DNA of 64,000 bases from an uncultured delta proteobacterium (GCA_963708295.1 CAVPSJ010000017.1:224001-288000), one strand, 5' to 3'. Counted from the first letter of the stretch, positions 9,398-20,976 are shown. Notes: generated by a model from the sequence alone, not told the origin. A program made the numbers and translations.

Positions 9398-11302
9398 ATG
9401 GAAAAGGGAATAAGTTGGTCAATCATTGCAATGTTTTTGGTAGCAAACCTTTGGGCTGTTGGAGCGGTAGTAGCGCCTCCATTAGCAAACGGGGCAACAG
9501 CTGCGGGCTCAGTAACATTAACGGTGCTTAACCCCAGGGGCGAGAGCGAGCCTCCACAAAACCTGGGAATTACAGGTCGTGTTACGGATCTAGCCGGCAA
9601 GAAGATCGGATTGTATTGGCTTGGAAAACCCGATGGGGACGTCTTTTTTGCCAGAATTCAAAAACTGCTGGAGGAGAAATTTCCTACAGCAAAGATCCTG
9701 CAGTATACCGGTGGATTCGACATCGGAGACCCTTTAGCAGCGAAAATGGCAAAAGAAGTGGATACATTCGTATATGGCGTAGGGGACTGAGGGTCGTGTA
9801 CAAATCTCGGCGTGTCCGGGACAATTAGGATAGAAAAACTTGGTAAGCCTGGGGTCTTTCTTGCTGCGGAAGGTTTTGATCACGATGCAAAAAGAGCAAC
9901 TGTTGATAACGGAATGACTCCGCTACGTGTTGTAGTGGTACCTGGTTATGTATGGGGCCAACCTACAAACCAAAAACCACCTCTTGCAGATGCAAGTATC
10001 AACAAGATTATCGATGCATTAACCCGTCCTTTAACAGCAGAAGAAGTCAAGCCAAAACCTATAGCTAAAGAGAAGCTCAAGCCAATTCAGGTCACTGCGG
10101 ACAGTTATGAGGCAGCGGTTGAGAAATTCAACCAGTTGTTCCTTAATAATCATTGGGGCGATGGGTTATCTTTAGTCCCCCCCACAAAGAAGGCTGTTGA
10201 TTGGATGCTTACAGGTACGAGCCTCCCTTTTAACAAAGTAATAGGCAAGGTTGACCCTAAAGGCGGGAGTGCCACTGTAGAAAAGATTGCAATTAATGCA
10301 GTGATGGCGGGGGCAAAACCGGAGTACTTGCCAGTGATCATTGCTGCAATGGAAGGCTTCACGGATCCGAATTTCGATCTCCGTCATCCGGTGCTTTCGA
10401 TGGGATCCTTCAGTTTTGCCATAGTCGTGACCGGGCCTATTGTAGAAGAACTTAACATAAATTCCGGGGCGGGTTTCTTTGGTCACGGATGGCGAGCGAA
10501 TGCCACCATTGGCCGCGCCCTGAGATTATGCATGATTAATTTGGGCCACACGTTTCCGCAAGTAAATGATATGGCGAGAATCGGCCGACAATCAGCTTAC
10601 ACCTTTTATGTTATGGGCGAAAATAAGAAATCCCCCTGGCCACCCTATCAAACGACCCAAGGTTACAAACCAGAGGATAGTTGTGTGACAGTGTCTACAG
10701 TCGGGAGTCACAATACCGGGGCGGGGAGAAATATACCCCATAACGGTAATACCGCCGACTCAGCATTAGAAGCCGTTGTTGAAACCATCCTTAGTCGTCG
10801 TAGCATGCAGTGGGAGGGCTATAAACGCGGCACGGCTAACCTTGTTGCTCTTCCGTTGAAATATCTATTCTTGGTTACTCCAGAAATGGCTGACCTGTTT
10901 TACCGTCGAGGCTTTAAGGACCAGAAAAGTCTAAAAGACTATATTTATGAAGCTACGAGTGTGCCTTACGAGAAGCTCAGTGCAGAAGAGAAACGTGGCA
11001 TAAAAGACTGGATCGACACAAGTATTGCAGGTGAGGGAATCATGGGACTAAGGCTTCCTCCAGACCGTATCTCCTTCTTCCAAGAAGCCTTTAAACCAGG
11101 AGGAAAGGTTCCACTTATAACGACGCCGGAGGACATTCATATTATGGTGGTAGGTTATGGCGCGGGTGGAGGAGTATTAGGAGGAATGCATGAACTATCA
11201 TTCGGGAGGCCACTTTACAAGCCAACATCGCATCAAACGAGGCCGATAAAGGGAGCTACACTGACTAAAGCTGGTCGTGAGAAGGCTAAACCTTCCTATT
11301 AG
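9398..11302 (+). CDS. UGSC-family selenoprotein fused to a large uncharacterised domain (634 aa), exported
   Basis: In-frame TGA 9788-9790 in GVGD-U-GSCT joins ORFs 9398-9790 and 9812-11302. WGDGL..VPPT and EKIAINAVMAG motifs. Confidence 0.9.
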
Positions 11303-11353
11303 CCAACTTTGGACTTCTGCACAGTACCATATAATCACTCATGGAAATATCCT

Positions 11354-11384
11354 AAAGGGAGCTTACCAAAGCTCCCTTTTTTTT
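11354..11384 (+). terminator. Rho-independent terminator
   Basis: aaagggagctt-acca-aagctccctttttttt. Confidence 0.85.
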
Positions 11385-11788
11385 GATTCGCGAAATTTCC
11401 TATCTTTTGCAAAAGTGCAGATTTCTGCTATAGACCTTGCGTTTTTCAAAGCCCAAAAACTTATGATTTGAAGATCAGATAAAAACATCTCTCCATTTTT
11501 TTCACTAGGATGTATTGGCAAGATATGTTCAGCTCTAAGATCCCATACAGCTGAGACCTGGGACGGTAGAGTACTTTCTGAAGTCCTTAAGGGAAGAATC
11601 CAGACCGTCATCCAAGATTACAAGTGACAATCCCCAAAAAGATAATTTCTAGAACCTCTTTTTTATACTTTTTCCCGATTGACTTAAGAAACACGTTGTG
11701 ATAGAAGCATCGCTAGCGATTGTAAATTGAAAGAGGTGAGGAGCTCATAGAGAATTTAGGTCGGTGGAGACTAATCTTATCCGTATCG

Positions 11789-12169
11789 ATGTCGGTGTTT
11801 TTACTCTCGATGTTGGCAGTTTCTCTCTTTACTGTATCAGCTGAAGAGATCCAACGCATCACGCCAGAGGACTTGAAGAAATTGATCGAGAGCAAGGCTG
11901 ACATTGTGATTGTTGATAACCAGCCCAAAGAAGTCTACGATACGGGGCATATCCTTACAGCAGTTAACTTTCCGTGGGCGGTAAAGATTAGCGGGCCTGT
12001 CAATCTGCCTGGAAATAAGTTGCTCATTTTCTATTGTGCCTGTGAGCATGAGGAGGACTCTACGGATGTGGCAGATCAGCTTATGAAGGAGTTTGGGTAC
12101 ACCAACATTAAGGTTCTTCAGGGTGGTTGGTTACGGTGGATAGAGTTGGGCTATCCCGTTGAGAAATAG
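11789..12169 (+). CDS. Exported rhodanese-domain protein (YCAC), paralog of 7503-7961; start uncertain
   Basis: RITPE.LKK.I.SKADIV.VDNQPK, FYCACEHEEDS, LQGGW..W. Confidence 0.88.
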   Translation: MSVFLLSMLAVSLFTVSAEEIQRITPEDLKKLIESKADIVIVDNQPKEVYDTGHILTAVNFPWAVKISGPVNLPGNKLLIFYCACEHEEDSTDVADQLMKEFGYTNIKVLQGGWLRWIELGYPVEK

Positions 12170-12324
12170 TAGGTGGACAAAAGGATTGAAAGAAATGCGA
12201 GGAAAGAAAGGAATGTTGGCTTGACTAAAAGGAGGTGATGTTTGCTGAAAAGCATAACTGGATAGTAATCACTTTCAGGAATAACTGGCCAGGATGGAAG
12301 ATCTGGTAAAGAAAGGAGAAAGCT

Positions 12325-14163
12325 ATGAAAAAACGAATAACTTGGTTGCTAATGGGGGTGTCATTGTTCGTGACCGTTTGTTGGATTGGCCCGGTTGCGG
12401 CTCAGGTATCATTAGAGTTGCTCAACCCTCGGGGTGAGATTGTGCCCCCCCTAACCTTGGGACCATCACCTCGTCTTCCGGATTTAGCAGGAAAGAAGAT
12501 TGGATTATATTGGAATGGGAAAGTGGGTACGAACGTGTTCTTCGATACGGTTGAAGAAATGCTAAAGGAGAAATTTCCCACCATAAAGGTCTCGCGGTAT
12601 GTTGGTGCATTCGACCCCGGGGACGCTCTGGCAGCGAAAATAGCAAGAGAAGTGGATACAGTGATAAATGGTGTGGGCGACTGAGGGTCGTGCACATTTG
12701 CCGGCGTGTCCGGCACAATAAGATTAGAAAAACTGGGTATACCGACGCTTTTCCTTTTCGCTCCTGGATTTGAACACGACGCAGAGCAAGCGGCTATAGA
12801 CAACGGAATGCCTACGATTCGCAGATTACTGATACCTGGATTTGTATGGGGCCAACCTGGCGAAAATAAAATTCCTCTTGCCAAGGCATCTTTTGCCGAC
12901 ATGATCAATGCACTAACCCGTCCCTTAACGGCAGAGGAGGCCAAGCCAAAGCAAAAAGAAAAAGAGGTCTACCCGTCAGTAAACATTACTGCGGCAAGTT
13001 ATGAGGAAGCTGTTGAGAAATTCAACCAGGTGTTCCTCGAGAATCGCTGGGGCGATGGATTACCCTTAGTCCCTCCCACAAAACAGGCTGTTAAGTGGAT
13101 GCTGACAGGAACGAGTCGTTCTCCTGGCGAAGTAATAGGCAAGGTTCCTACTCAAAATGGGATCGCCACTATTGAAAAGATTGCTATTAATGCGGTGATG
13201 GCAGGAGCTAAGCCAGAGTACTTACCGATGATAATTGCGGCAATGGAAGGCCTTACGGACAAAGCATACGATCTCCTTCATCCGCAAGCTTCAATGGGTC
13301 AATTTAATTTAGCAGTAATTGCCAGCGGGCCTATTGGAGAAGAAATTAACATGAATTCCTCGACAGGTTTCTTGGGCCATGGATGGCGAACTAATAATAC
13401 CATTGGCCGCGCCGTGAGGCTGTCCTTGATTAACCTCGGCCACATGTGGCCGGGAGTGAACGATATGGCCAGAGTCGGTCGACAGTCGGCGCATACCCTC
13501 TATACTTTCGCCGAAAATCAAAAGTTCAGCCCTTGGCCACCTTATCATGTGATCCAAGGTTATAAACCAGAAGATAGTTGTATGACAGTCTCCACAATCG
13601 GGGGTTACGGAGCATATGCTGTAACAACCCTTGGATCAGTGGGCATGACAGCAGAAATGCAATTAAATGAGGTGATTAAAAGCATACTTGATCGCCGCGA
13701 GGCGGTACTTGCTCAGTATAGGCCCGGGGTTACTTCCCCTTACACTTTGCCGTGTAAATATATATTTCTGATTCCGCCGGAATTAGCTCAGAGTTACCAA
13801 AAACAAGGCTTTACTCGGGAAAGTTTACAGGAGTACATCTATAAAAAAACATCCGTGCCATACGAAGATCTTAGTTCAAAGGAGATACAGAGCATACAAG
13901 GGAAGATTAGGATAAGTATTGCAGGTGAGGGATTGGCTTCAGACAGGATTCCTCCAGATCGTATCCCCGTATTTCAAGAAGCTCTTAAACCAGGAGGAAA
14001 GGTTCCAATTGTAGTAACGCCGGAGGACATTCAACTCTTCGTAGTCGGCTATCCAGTAGGCGGTCAAATAGTTCAAATGTCATATCACAGAGCGCCGTAC
14101 AAATGGAGCTCGCATCAGACGAAACTGATACGTGGAGCTACTCTGACTAAGGCCGGTCGTTAG
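12325..14163 (+). CDS. UGSC-family selenoprotein fused to a large domain (612 aa), paralog of 9398-11302
   Basis: In-frame TGA 12682-12684 in GVGD-U-GSCT; perfect 6-bp hairpin downstream; WGDGLPLVPPT. Confidence 0.9.
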
Positions 14164-14214
14164 TCAATTATGGCCTTCTGTAAAGCAACATCCCAGCTAC
14201 TCCAGGAATAACCT

Positions 14215-14250
14215 AAAAGGGAGCTCACCAAGAGCTCCCTTTTCTTCTTC
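14215..14250 (+). terminator. Rho-independent terminator (target site of the IIC intron)
   Basis: aaaagggagctc-acca-agagctcccttttcttcttc directly before the intron 5' GTGCG. Confidence 0.85.
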
Positions 14251-14890
14251 GTGCGCCCGGCAGGGCGCACATACTTGGAGGTGCAAGTCCTTTACGGACC
14301 CTGGTGACGGGAACCGTTAGCTGAACCGCAAGGGCTATCATCGTGAGATGGGGTCTGGAGGAAGTGGTAGGCAAATCCCCGGCCTGAGGAACACGAAGCG
14401 CATAAGAAGCAGCCATCCCTGGGCGAGGAGGCGAAAAGATCTGAAGCCCGATAGTCATCCGGAAGGGGTGGAAGTATATGCGACAGGTAGATGGGGAAAA
14501 AGTGAGTGTGCAATACCCGGGGAGATCTGCTCATCTGCCAGTGGGCTAACATCGTTAGGAGACGGTGTGATGGGTGTGCAGGAGTCAGCAGAGGGCATAG
14601 TAGTCACATCGCACAGTGGCGAAGGCCCGAACGTGGAAGGAAGGGAGAGTACTGAGCCTCGATGGGCGAGGGAGATGCAGACAAGAGGGCTGAAATGCCT
14701 GAGGACTCCTGGAAAGTAGCGGGCGGAACTCGCGAGAATAGGGAGAGGGAGCATCAAATATCCACGGCGGCAGAGAAAAAAAATACTCAACCGGTGTAAA
14801 CTTCACTTAACCTTCCACGAACCGCCGTATGCCGACCGGCACGTACGGTGGTGTGGGAGGGTGCGGGGGCAACCCCGCCCCCTACCCGAT
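14251..14890 (+). mobile_element. ORF-less group II intron, bacterial class C (IIC)
   Basis: 5' GTGCGCCCGG; domain V gaaccgccgtatgccgaccggcacgtacggtggtgt with CGC triad; domain VI ending cctacccgAT; inserted right after a terminator; 640 nt with no RT ORF. Confidence 0.92.
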
Positions 14891-15456
14891 AGGTAGCCTT
14901 GCCGCTTACCTCTAATTATGCATATTTCTACTGATGATCATTAACCTCCGGAATTACCGCAGAGTGAGTAGTAGTAGATACTGTTCCTGTCAAGCAAAAA
15001 TTTGTTTATAATTCGGATCGAACTTTCTGCCAGTAATCGTTGACCTTCGGAGTTGTATAAGACTCCTGACTTGTAAGTGTTAGCGTTAGCCCATGGATAA
15101 CGAGGCGACATTCTCTTTTGGGGAGGCTCAATATCTGCTATCAACGTTTCGTTTCTAAACCTCCGAAAAGTTATCATTTGAAGATCATACCTTCCCTTTT
15201 CTCAACTCGATAGCCGGTGAGGATTCTGGCAAAATATCTGGCCATCCCGGAGAGCGAGGGACCTTTTACTCAGCTCGTGTGTTACTAAAGTCATCAAGTC
15301 GAGATTCCACATCGGAATACCAGCAAGTGATAATCTGCAAAAAATACGATTGCCATCATCTCATTTTCTTATTGACAAAATGGCGATTTTTGGTATTTTT
15401 GACTTGGCAATCTTAATAAATTTTCTTGATCGGGGGGTGGTGGATAGGGAAAGGAT

Positions 15457-15568
15457 TTACGAAATGCAACCGTTCTGTGGCACGATGATTTACGAGAAGA
15501 TTTATTATGAAACGAAACACTTTTGGGTGTGGAAATGTGTTTATTGTGGAGAGTATATTGTCGCTTAG
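15457..15568 (+). pseudogene. Degenerate small Zn-ribbon protein
   Basis: KCNR / CGTMIYEKIY...FWVWKCVYCGEYI; first Cys pair is out of frame and there is no clean start. Confidence 0.45.
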
Positions 15569-15617
15569 GAATAGAATATCCTTAAGAAATGAATTGAGGA
15601 AGAAAGGAGGAGGAGCC

Positions 15618-16665
15618 ATGGGGAACAAAGCAAATAGGTTTTTGGGAGTAGTTCTTATCAGCATTATTTTTTTCTTCCTGACTGTTGAGGGGGCTATAGC
15701 GGATAAGGTTATCTTAGAAAATGGGGACACACTGACAGGAACAGTAGAAAAAATGGCGGAAGGAAAACTTACTTTTAAGACCGATTATGCTGGAATCATT
15801 GAGATCCAGATGGGGAAAGTCAAACAGATTATTACGGACAATCCGGTAGCGGTTCACCTGACAAGTGGTGAAGTTGTAAAGGGAAATGTCAAACCTGCTG
15901 AAGAAGGGAAATTGGCAGTGGAGCCAAGTCCTGAGAGAGGAGCAACCACCGTGGAGATGGAGAAGATTGCATCCATCAATCCTCCTCCCAAGGAGTTGCC
16001 TAAATGGCATGGTAACGTTAATGCCGGTGGTTACCTTCAGTCAGGCAACGTTGATCGGGCTGGGGGTTCTTTCAGTGCCGAAGCCTTAAGAAGAACAGAG
16101 AATGACCGGTTCAAGTTACGGTATATCTTTAACTATGCTGAAGAGAACGATGAAATGACCGCCCGAAATCACTATGGAGAGATAAAATATGACTATTTTT
16201 TCACCAAGAAATTTTATGGGTATATAGACACTGAATTGCTCAATGACAAATTCAGTGACACGAAGCTAAAGACCTTTGTGGGACCTGGAATAGGGTATCA
16301 ACTCTGGGACGATCCGGTCAAATCTCTTCTCTTTGAGGCGGGCTTTTCCTATTTTAATTGGAACCGGTACGAAGGCCAGGATGACAGATGGGATTTCAGG
16401 CCGACTTGGGTTTGATTTCAGATACAACATCTTTAAGTGGCTGACCTTTACGGACAGATACGTATTCTATCCAACTATTGGAGAAGGGGGTATTTATTTT
16501 TGGCGGAATGAGGCGGCCTTGAGTATTCCCTTGGGAGAAATTCCCTCTTTAGGAGGACGGTGGTCTCTTAGGTTTGCGAATATTATTGATTATAATAGTG
16601 ATCCTGCCCCCGGTTTTGAGAGGATGGATGTTCAGTGGATAGGAGGTCTGCAATTTTCATTTTGA
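15618..16665 (+). CDS. DUF481/YdiY-like outer-membrane beta-barrel protein, frameshift near 16390
   Basis: Signal peptide, DKVILENGDTLTG, beta-strand pattern, C-terminal GLQFSF in the second frame. Confidence 0.82.
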
Positions 16666-17176
16666 TTCAGCGAGTAGAAGCAGGGAGAAAGAAGTTCTTA
16701 AAGAAGTAAATTAGACCGAATTTGAGAGAGGAAAAGGCAGGGTGTTTTGGCTCTGCCTTTTTTGTTTGTTTCCTTCGGAAATCATTGAATCCAAGATTAC
16801 CTTGCCACTGCAGACTTGGAGGTGAAGTCGCCAAATTTTCCGATCAGCCTGCTTCAAAAATCTCGAAAAGGAAATTTCATTTAGTTCTTTCTGAAGTCAA
16901 CAACCGGACATTTTGGCACATCATGCTTGCTAGCTATCGGTAATCATCACCCAGCTTTTTTTCACCCAGCTTTTTTTTCTTGACATGCGACTCCCTTTAT
17001 TCTAAATTCGATGCATCCTAAAGCAAGTTCTTATCACTTAAATCATCCTTGAATTTAACGGAGCCTTTCAAATTGTGCGAACAGCCGGCAGAATCTTCTT
17101 ATATTCTGTGGTAATTTTAATACAATAATAAAATAAGATTCATAAGCAATCGTAAGCATCAGGAAAGGGTTCTTCG

Positions 17177-17899
17177 ATGGCCAAGGATAAGATTTTCAGA
17201 AAAAAGCAGCCGATAGTCGACTTTAATTTCAAGAAGAAAACGGCGCAGGTCTTTGACGACATGCTGAACCGCTCGGTGCCTTTTTACCAGGAAATCCAGC
17301 GAATGACCGGCGAGATCGCGGCGGATTTTGCGGTCCCGGGAACCAACGTATACGACTTGGGGTGTTCCACCGGCAGCACCCTGATTGCCATGGACAAGGT
17401 CTTACCGCCGGAAGTCTCCTTGGTCGGGGTGGATTATTCCCAGGACATGCTGGAGAAGGCCAGGGAAAAATTGGCGCAGCATAAGGTCACCCGGCCCTGC
17501 GAGTATATCTGCCGGGATCTGGACCAGGGGATTTCGATTGTCAACGCCTCAGTGGTCGTCTTCACGCTCACCCTGCAGTTTGTGCGGCCTCTCAAGCGCC
17601 AGCAGCTGATTCAGGATATTGCCCGGGGGCTCAACGAAGGGGGGTGCCTCATTCTCATCGAGAAGGTGACCTGCCTTGACTCCAAGCTCAACCGGCTCTT
17701 TATCAATTATTACTACGCCTTCAAGAAGCGTGAGGGGTACAACCAGCTGGAGATCGCCCAGAAACGAGAGGCGTTGGAGAATATCCTGATACCCTACCGG
17801 CCGGAAGAGAACCGCCAGCTACTTCTGGAGAACGGGTTCACGGAGTGCGACATGTTTTTCAAGTGGTATAACTTCTGCGGGATGCTGGCCATCAAATAA
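17177..17899 (+). CDS. cmoA: Carboxy-S-adenosyl-L-methionine synthase
   Basis: F.F....AQVFDDMLNRSVPFY, YDLGCSTG, FTLTLQF, EI.QKREALEN.L.P, FFKWYNF. Confidence 0.9.
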   Translation: MAKDKIFRKKQPIVDFNFKKKTAQVFDDMLNRSVPFYQEIQRMTGEIAADFAVPGTNVYDLGCSTGSTLIAMDKVLPPEVSLVGVDYSQDMLEKAREKLAQHKVTRPCEYICRDLDQGISIVNASVVVFTLTLQFVRPLKRQQLIQDIARGLNEGGCLILIEKVTCLDSKLNRLFINYYYAFKKREGYNQLEIAQKREALENILIPYRPEENRQLLLENGFTECDMFFKWYNFCGMLAIK

Positions 17900-17900
17900 C

Positions 17901-18659
17901 ATGATACAACACGCCTGGCGTGCTTTTCTCCTGAGGAGCGGCGCCTTATTCTTCCGTTTCCGTAGATATCTGTTTCCCGTCTTTGTCGTTATCCTTTTTT
18001 TCTTTACGCGGCCAGCACTCTTCCTGGGCAGCAGGAATTTGGATTTCCTGATTGTCATGATCGGATGGACCATGGCATTGGCAGGACTGGGCTTTCGGTT
18101 GTTTGTGATCGGCTTTGCCTATATCAAGCGGGGAGGAAAGGAGGGTAAGGTATACGCGGAGAACTTGGTGGTCGAAGGCCTCTACGCCCACGTGCGCAAT
18201 CCGATGTATATCGGCAATTTCTTTATTGTCGTTGGCCTCGGGTTGATCCACGGCTCATTGTGGGTGTATATTTTCCTCATCCCCTTTTTCGCCTTCGTTT
18301 ATCTTTCCATCGTGGAGACCGAGGAGGAATATCTACGCAACCGTTTTGGCGCAGGGTACGACGCCTATTGCACCAAGGTCAACCGCTTTATTCCAAATTT
18401 TTCCGGGATCAGGCAGACGTTAAGCTCCTTTACCTATGATTGGAAAAAGGCCCTGCGCAAGGAATACGGGACGTCCCTGGGCGGACTCATCGGCTGTTAC
18501 GTCACGTGGCTGGGCAAGATGCACCTGTGTTACGGATTCAATCTGAGCGCGCACAAACTCCCGCTGATTACCTTTCCTTTTATTCTTATCGGTATCGCCT
18601 ATGGTGCGGTGAGATATTTTAAGAAGAAGGGGAAGCTTAATTCTCAAATTCTTCAATAG
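17901..18659 (+). CDS. Isoprenylcysteine carboxylmethyltransferase/PEMT family membrane protein
   Basis: LVVEGLYAHVRNPMYIGN, EEEYL..RFG..Y..YC.KVNRFIP. Confidence 0.88.
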   Translation: MIQHAWRAFLLRSGALFFRFRRYLFPVFVVILFFFTRPALFLGSRNLDFLIVMIGWTMALAGLGFRLFVIGFAYIKRGGKEGKVYAENLVVEGLYAHVRNPMYIGNFFIVVGLGLIHGSLWVYIFLIPFFAFVYLSIVETEEEYLRNRFGAGYDAYCTKVNRFIPNFSGIRQTLSSFTYDWKKALRKEYGTSLGGLIGCYVTWLGKMHLCYGFNLSAHKLPLITFPFILIGIAYGAVRYFKKKGKLNSQILQ

Positions 18660-18788
18660 CGATATCGTGCATGTGGCCATCCCCGCGACGGAATCCGTTG
18701 CCGGGATATTTTTTTGGAAAACCATAAGATAGAAGACCCGCGTTCTTGCGGCCCATCCCGTAATTAGGTCTTCACTCAGAGGAGGAAC

Positions 18789-20105
18789 TTGACCATGAAG
18801 TTCATCGTGAAGGGATCTAATTTGAAAGGAACCACCAGAATTTCCGGGAACAAGTCGGCAACCGCACGAGCCATCGTCATTGGCGGTTTGGCTGAGGGGG
18901 TATCGAAGGTAAGCAATCCTTTACCCGGGATGGACAGCTTTTCAATCGTCGAGATGGTGCGCAGCTTGGGAGCCAAGATAGAAACTACCGGACAGCAAGA
19001 ATGGATCTTGGAAGGTGTTGCGAACCAGCCTCACGTGCCAGGCTGCGTTCTAGATGCTGGCAACTCCGGCACCGGTTACTATTTGCTCACCGCCGTCAGC
19101 TCCCTGATTGATGGCTGCTCGGTTGTCTCCGGCGACTACCAGATTTGCTACAGACCGGCTCAACCACTGATAGACGCCCTCAATGAGTTAGGAGCCAACA
19201 TCTTCTCTACTCGGAACTCAGGCATGGCACCGCTCGTGGTTCGGGGACCCCTTGGAGGAGGCAAGACCAAGCTTCCCGGCATTATGTCCCAGTGGCTCAG
19301 CGCGCTTCTCATTGCAGGAGCCCTTACCCCCAACGGAGTCACCGTCCAGGTAAAGAATCTGGTGGAGATTCCCTACGTTAACATGACCATGGCATGGATG
19401 AAGAGGGCTGGGGTAACCGCTACTCATAAAAACTACGAGGAGTTCATGATACCTGGCAATCAGCAATACAAGGGTTTCACCGCCGAAATTCCCGCGGATT
19501 GGGGGAGCTCCGGATACCCTATGATAGCAGCGGCCATCACTCCGTCTAAAGTCACCTTCGAGGGCATGGACCCCGATGATTTCGCGGGTGAGCGGATGTA
19601 CCCATATATATTGAAGGAAATGGGAGCAAGCGTAACCTTCTGCGATAATGGCCGCACCGTTACGGTAGAAGGGGGCAACGTGCTGCATGGAATGGAGATT
19701 GACTGCTCCGGTACTCCCGACGCGGTCCCGATCCTGGCGGTACTGGGTTGCAAGGCTGAGGGAAAGACCGTCCTAAAAAACATCGGGGGAAGTCGCTTGA
19801 AAGAGACTGACCGCACCAAGTCGATTAAGGAAGAACTCACGAAGATGGGTGGTCACTTCGATGAGACGCCGGACACTCTCACTATTTACCATTCGGAACT
19901 CAAAGCAGCAAATATTGACGGCCGCCACGATCACCGCATCGTTATGGCTACGGCTGTTGCTGGTATGATTGCCAAAGGTGAGACCGTGATCGAGGGCGCC
20001 GAGTGGGTGGGGGTTTCCTTTCCCAATTTCTACGAGATCTGTAAGTCACTGGGCGCTGAAATTGAGAGAATGAATGCGGCCAAACTTTTTCAAGCTTACC
20101 CATAG
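18789..20105 (+). CDS. aroA: 3-phosphoshikimate 1-carboxyvinyltransferase (EPSP synthase)
   Basis: GNKSATARA, DAGNSGT, SQWLSALL, PYVNMT, RLKETDR, DHRIVM. Confidence 0.9.
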   Translation: MTMKFIVKGSNLKGTTRISGNKSATARAIVIGGLAEGVSKVSNPLPGMDSFSIVEMVRSLGAKIETTGQQEWILEGVANQPHVPGCVLDAGNSGTGYYLLTAVSSLIDGCSVVSGDYQICYRPAQPLIDALNELGANIFSTRNSGMAPLVVRGPLGGGKTKLPGIMSQWLSALLIAGALTPNGVTVQVKNLVEIPYVNMTMAWMKRAGVTATHKNYEEFMIPGNQQYKGFTAEIPADWGSSGYPMIAAAITPSKVTFEGMDPDDFAGERMYPYILKEMGASVTFCDNGRTVTVEGGNVLHGMEIDCSGTPDAVPILAVLGCKAEGKTVLKNIGGSRLKETDRTKSIKEELTKMGGHFDETPDTLTIYHSELKAANIDGRHDHRIVMATAVAGMIAKGETVIEGAEWVGVSFPNFYEICKSLGAEIERMNAAKLFQAYP

Positions 20106-20729
20106 GTGTAAGCGATCATCAGGAGAGAGGATGCGGCCTGCTTTAAGACTGTCAATTACAATATCGTAGAGATTTCAATAGCTGCTGAGACTGTCGAAAA
20201 ACCGTTATTACAGATAAATTTCTCTGCGTGAAGCGAATTTTCTGAGTTTTCTTAACAAAGGAATCTTTGTTGCCGCTATTTTCGGCAAACTGTCATTGTT
20301 TTGAAAGCGTTAAAGTAGTAAGAACCAGTCCTGCCGTACAAGGTCCCCCTCTTTATTCTCGCTAACAAGCTTTTAACGATCACGGAAATAGTTCAGAACC
20401 GGGGTGAAAAGGAGATCTCTGAATTATCTAATTCTCGAACGTTGACTTCCCGTAGCACAATGAGTAGAAGGGGCTATGGGGTCACCCATCTGCATTGAAT
20501 CTCAACCCTGAAAACAGGACATGTCCACTTAGGCTTGACCTTCCTGCAATCAGTTTTTGACAGTTGCTGCTAAAAGGTGTAAATTGCAATTGCTGCCCAT
20601 TACTGCCCATTACGGATCGATAAGAAGACCGGAGGTAAATCACTACTGTCCAAATTAAGTGGAGTTTTTTGGGGGTAATGTTGATTTCATTCTGTTTTTG
20701 GATTAATATTCCCCCTTTCAACGCCAGGC

Positions 20730-20939
20730 TTCACCGCAGAGCCGCAGAGATCGCTGAGGGAGATTATTCTTCTGCTCCAATCGGGAGACGGCGATTAGAG
20801 CAGAAACTCCGTCCGTTTGATGGCCGTGGTACTATCATGAGCCTTGTCCTTTTTTAGAATTGGAAACCTTTTCATTTGGCGGTATCTCTCCGCCAAACGA
20901 AAAACCCTTTCTCCGCGTGCTCTGCGGCTCCGCGGTGAA
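20730..20939. mobile_element. MITE-like element with terminal inverted repeats, copy 1
   Basis: ttcaccgcagagccgcagag ... ctctgcggctccgcggtgaa; related copies at 29606 and 38802. Confidence 0.75.
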
Positions 20940-20976
20940 ATTCTATTTTGGACGGGTATCGGGAGGTAAATAAGAT

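Noticed and set aside
14348-14806. ORFs inside the group II intron
   Set aside because: No RT/maturase motifs (no YADD); incidental frames in structured RNA.
16333-16415. Programmed frameshifting in the split genes
   Set aside because: No consistent slippery site or stimulator; sequencing error or decay is simpler.
16914-16931. Possible sigma54 promoter tggcac...ttgc
   Set aside because: Spacing between the GG and GC elements is 2 nt too long.
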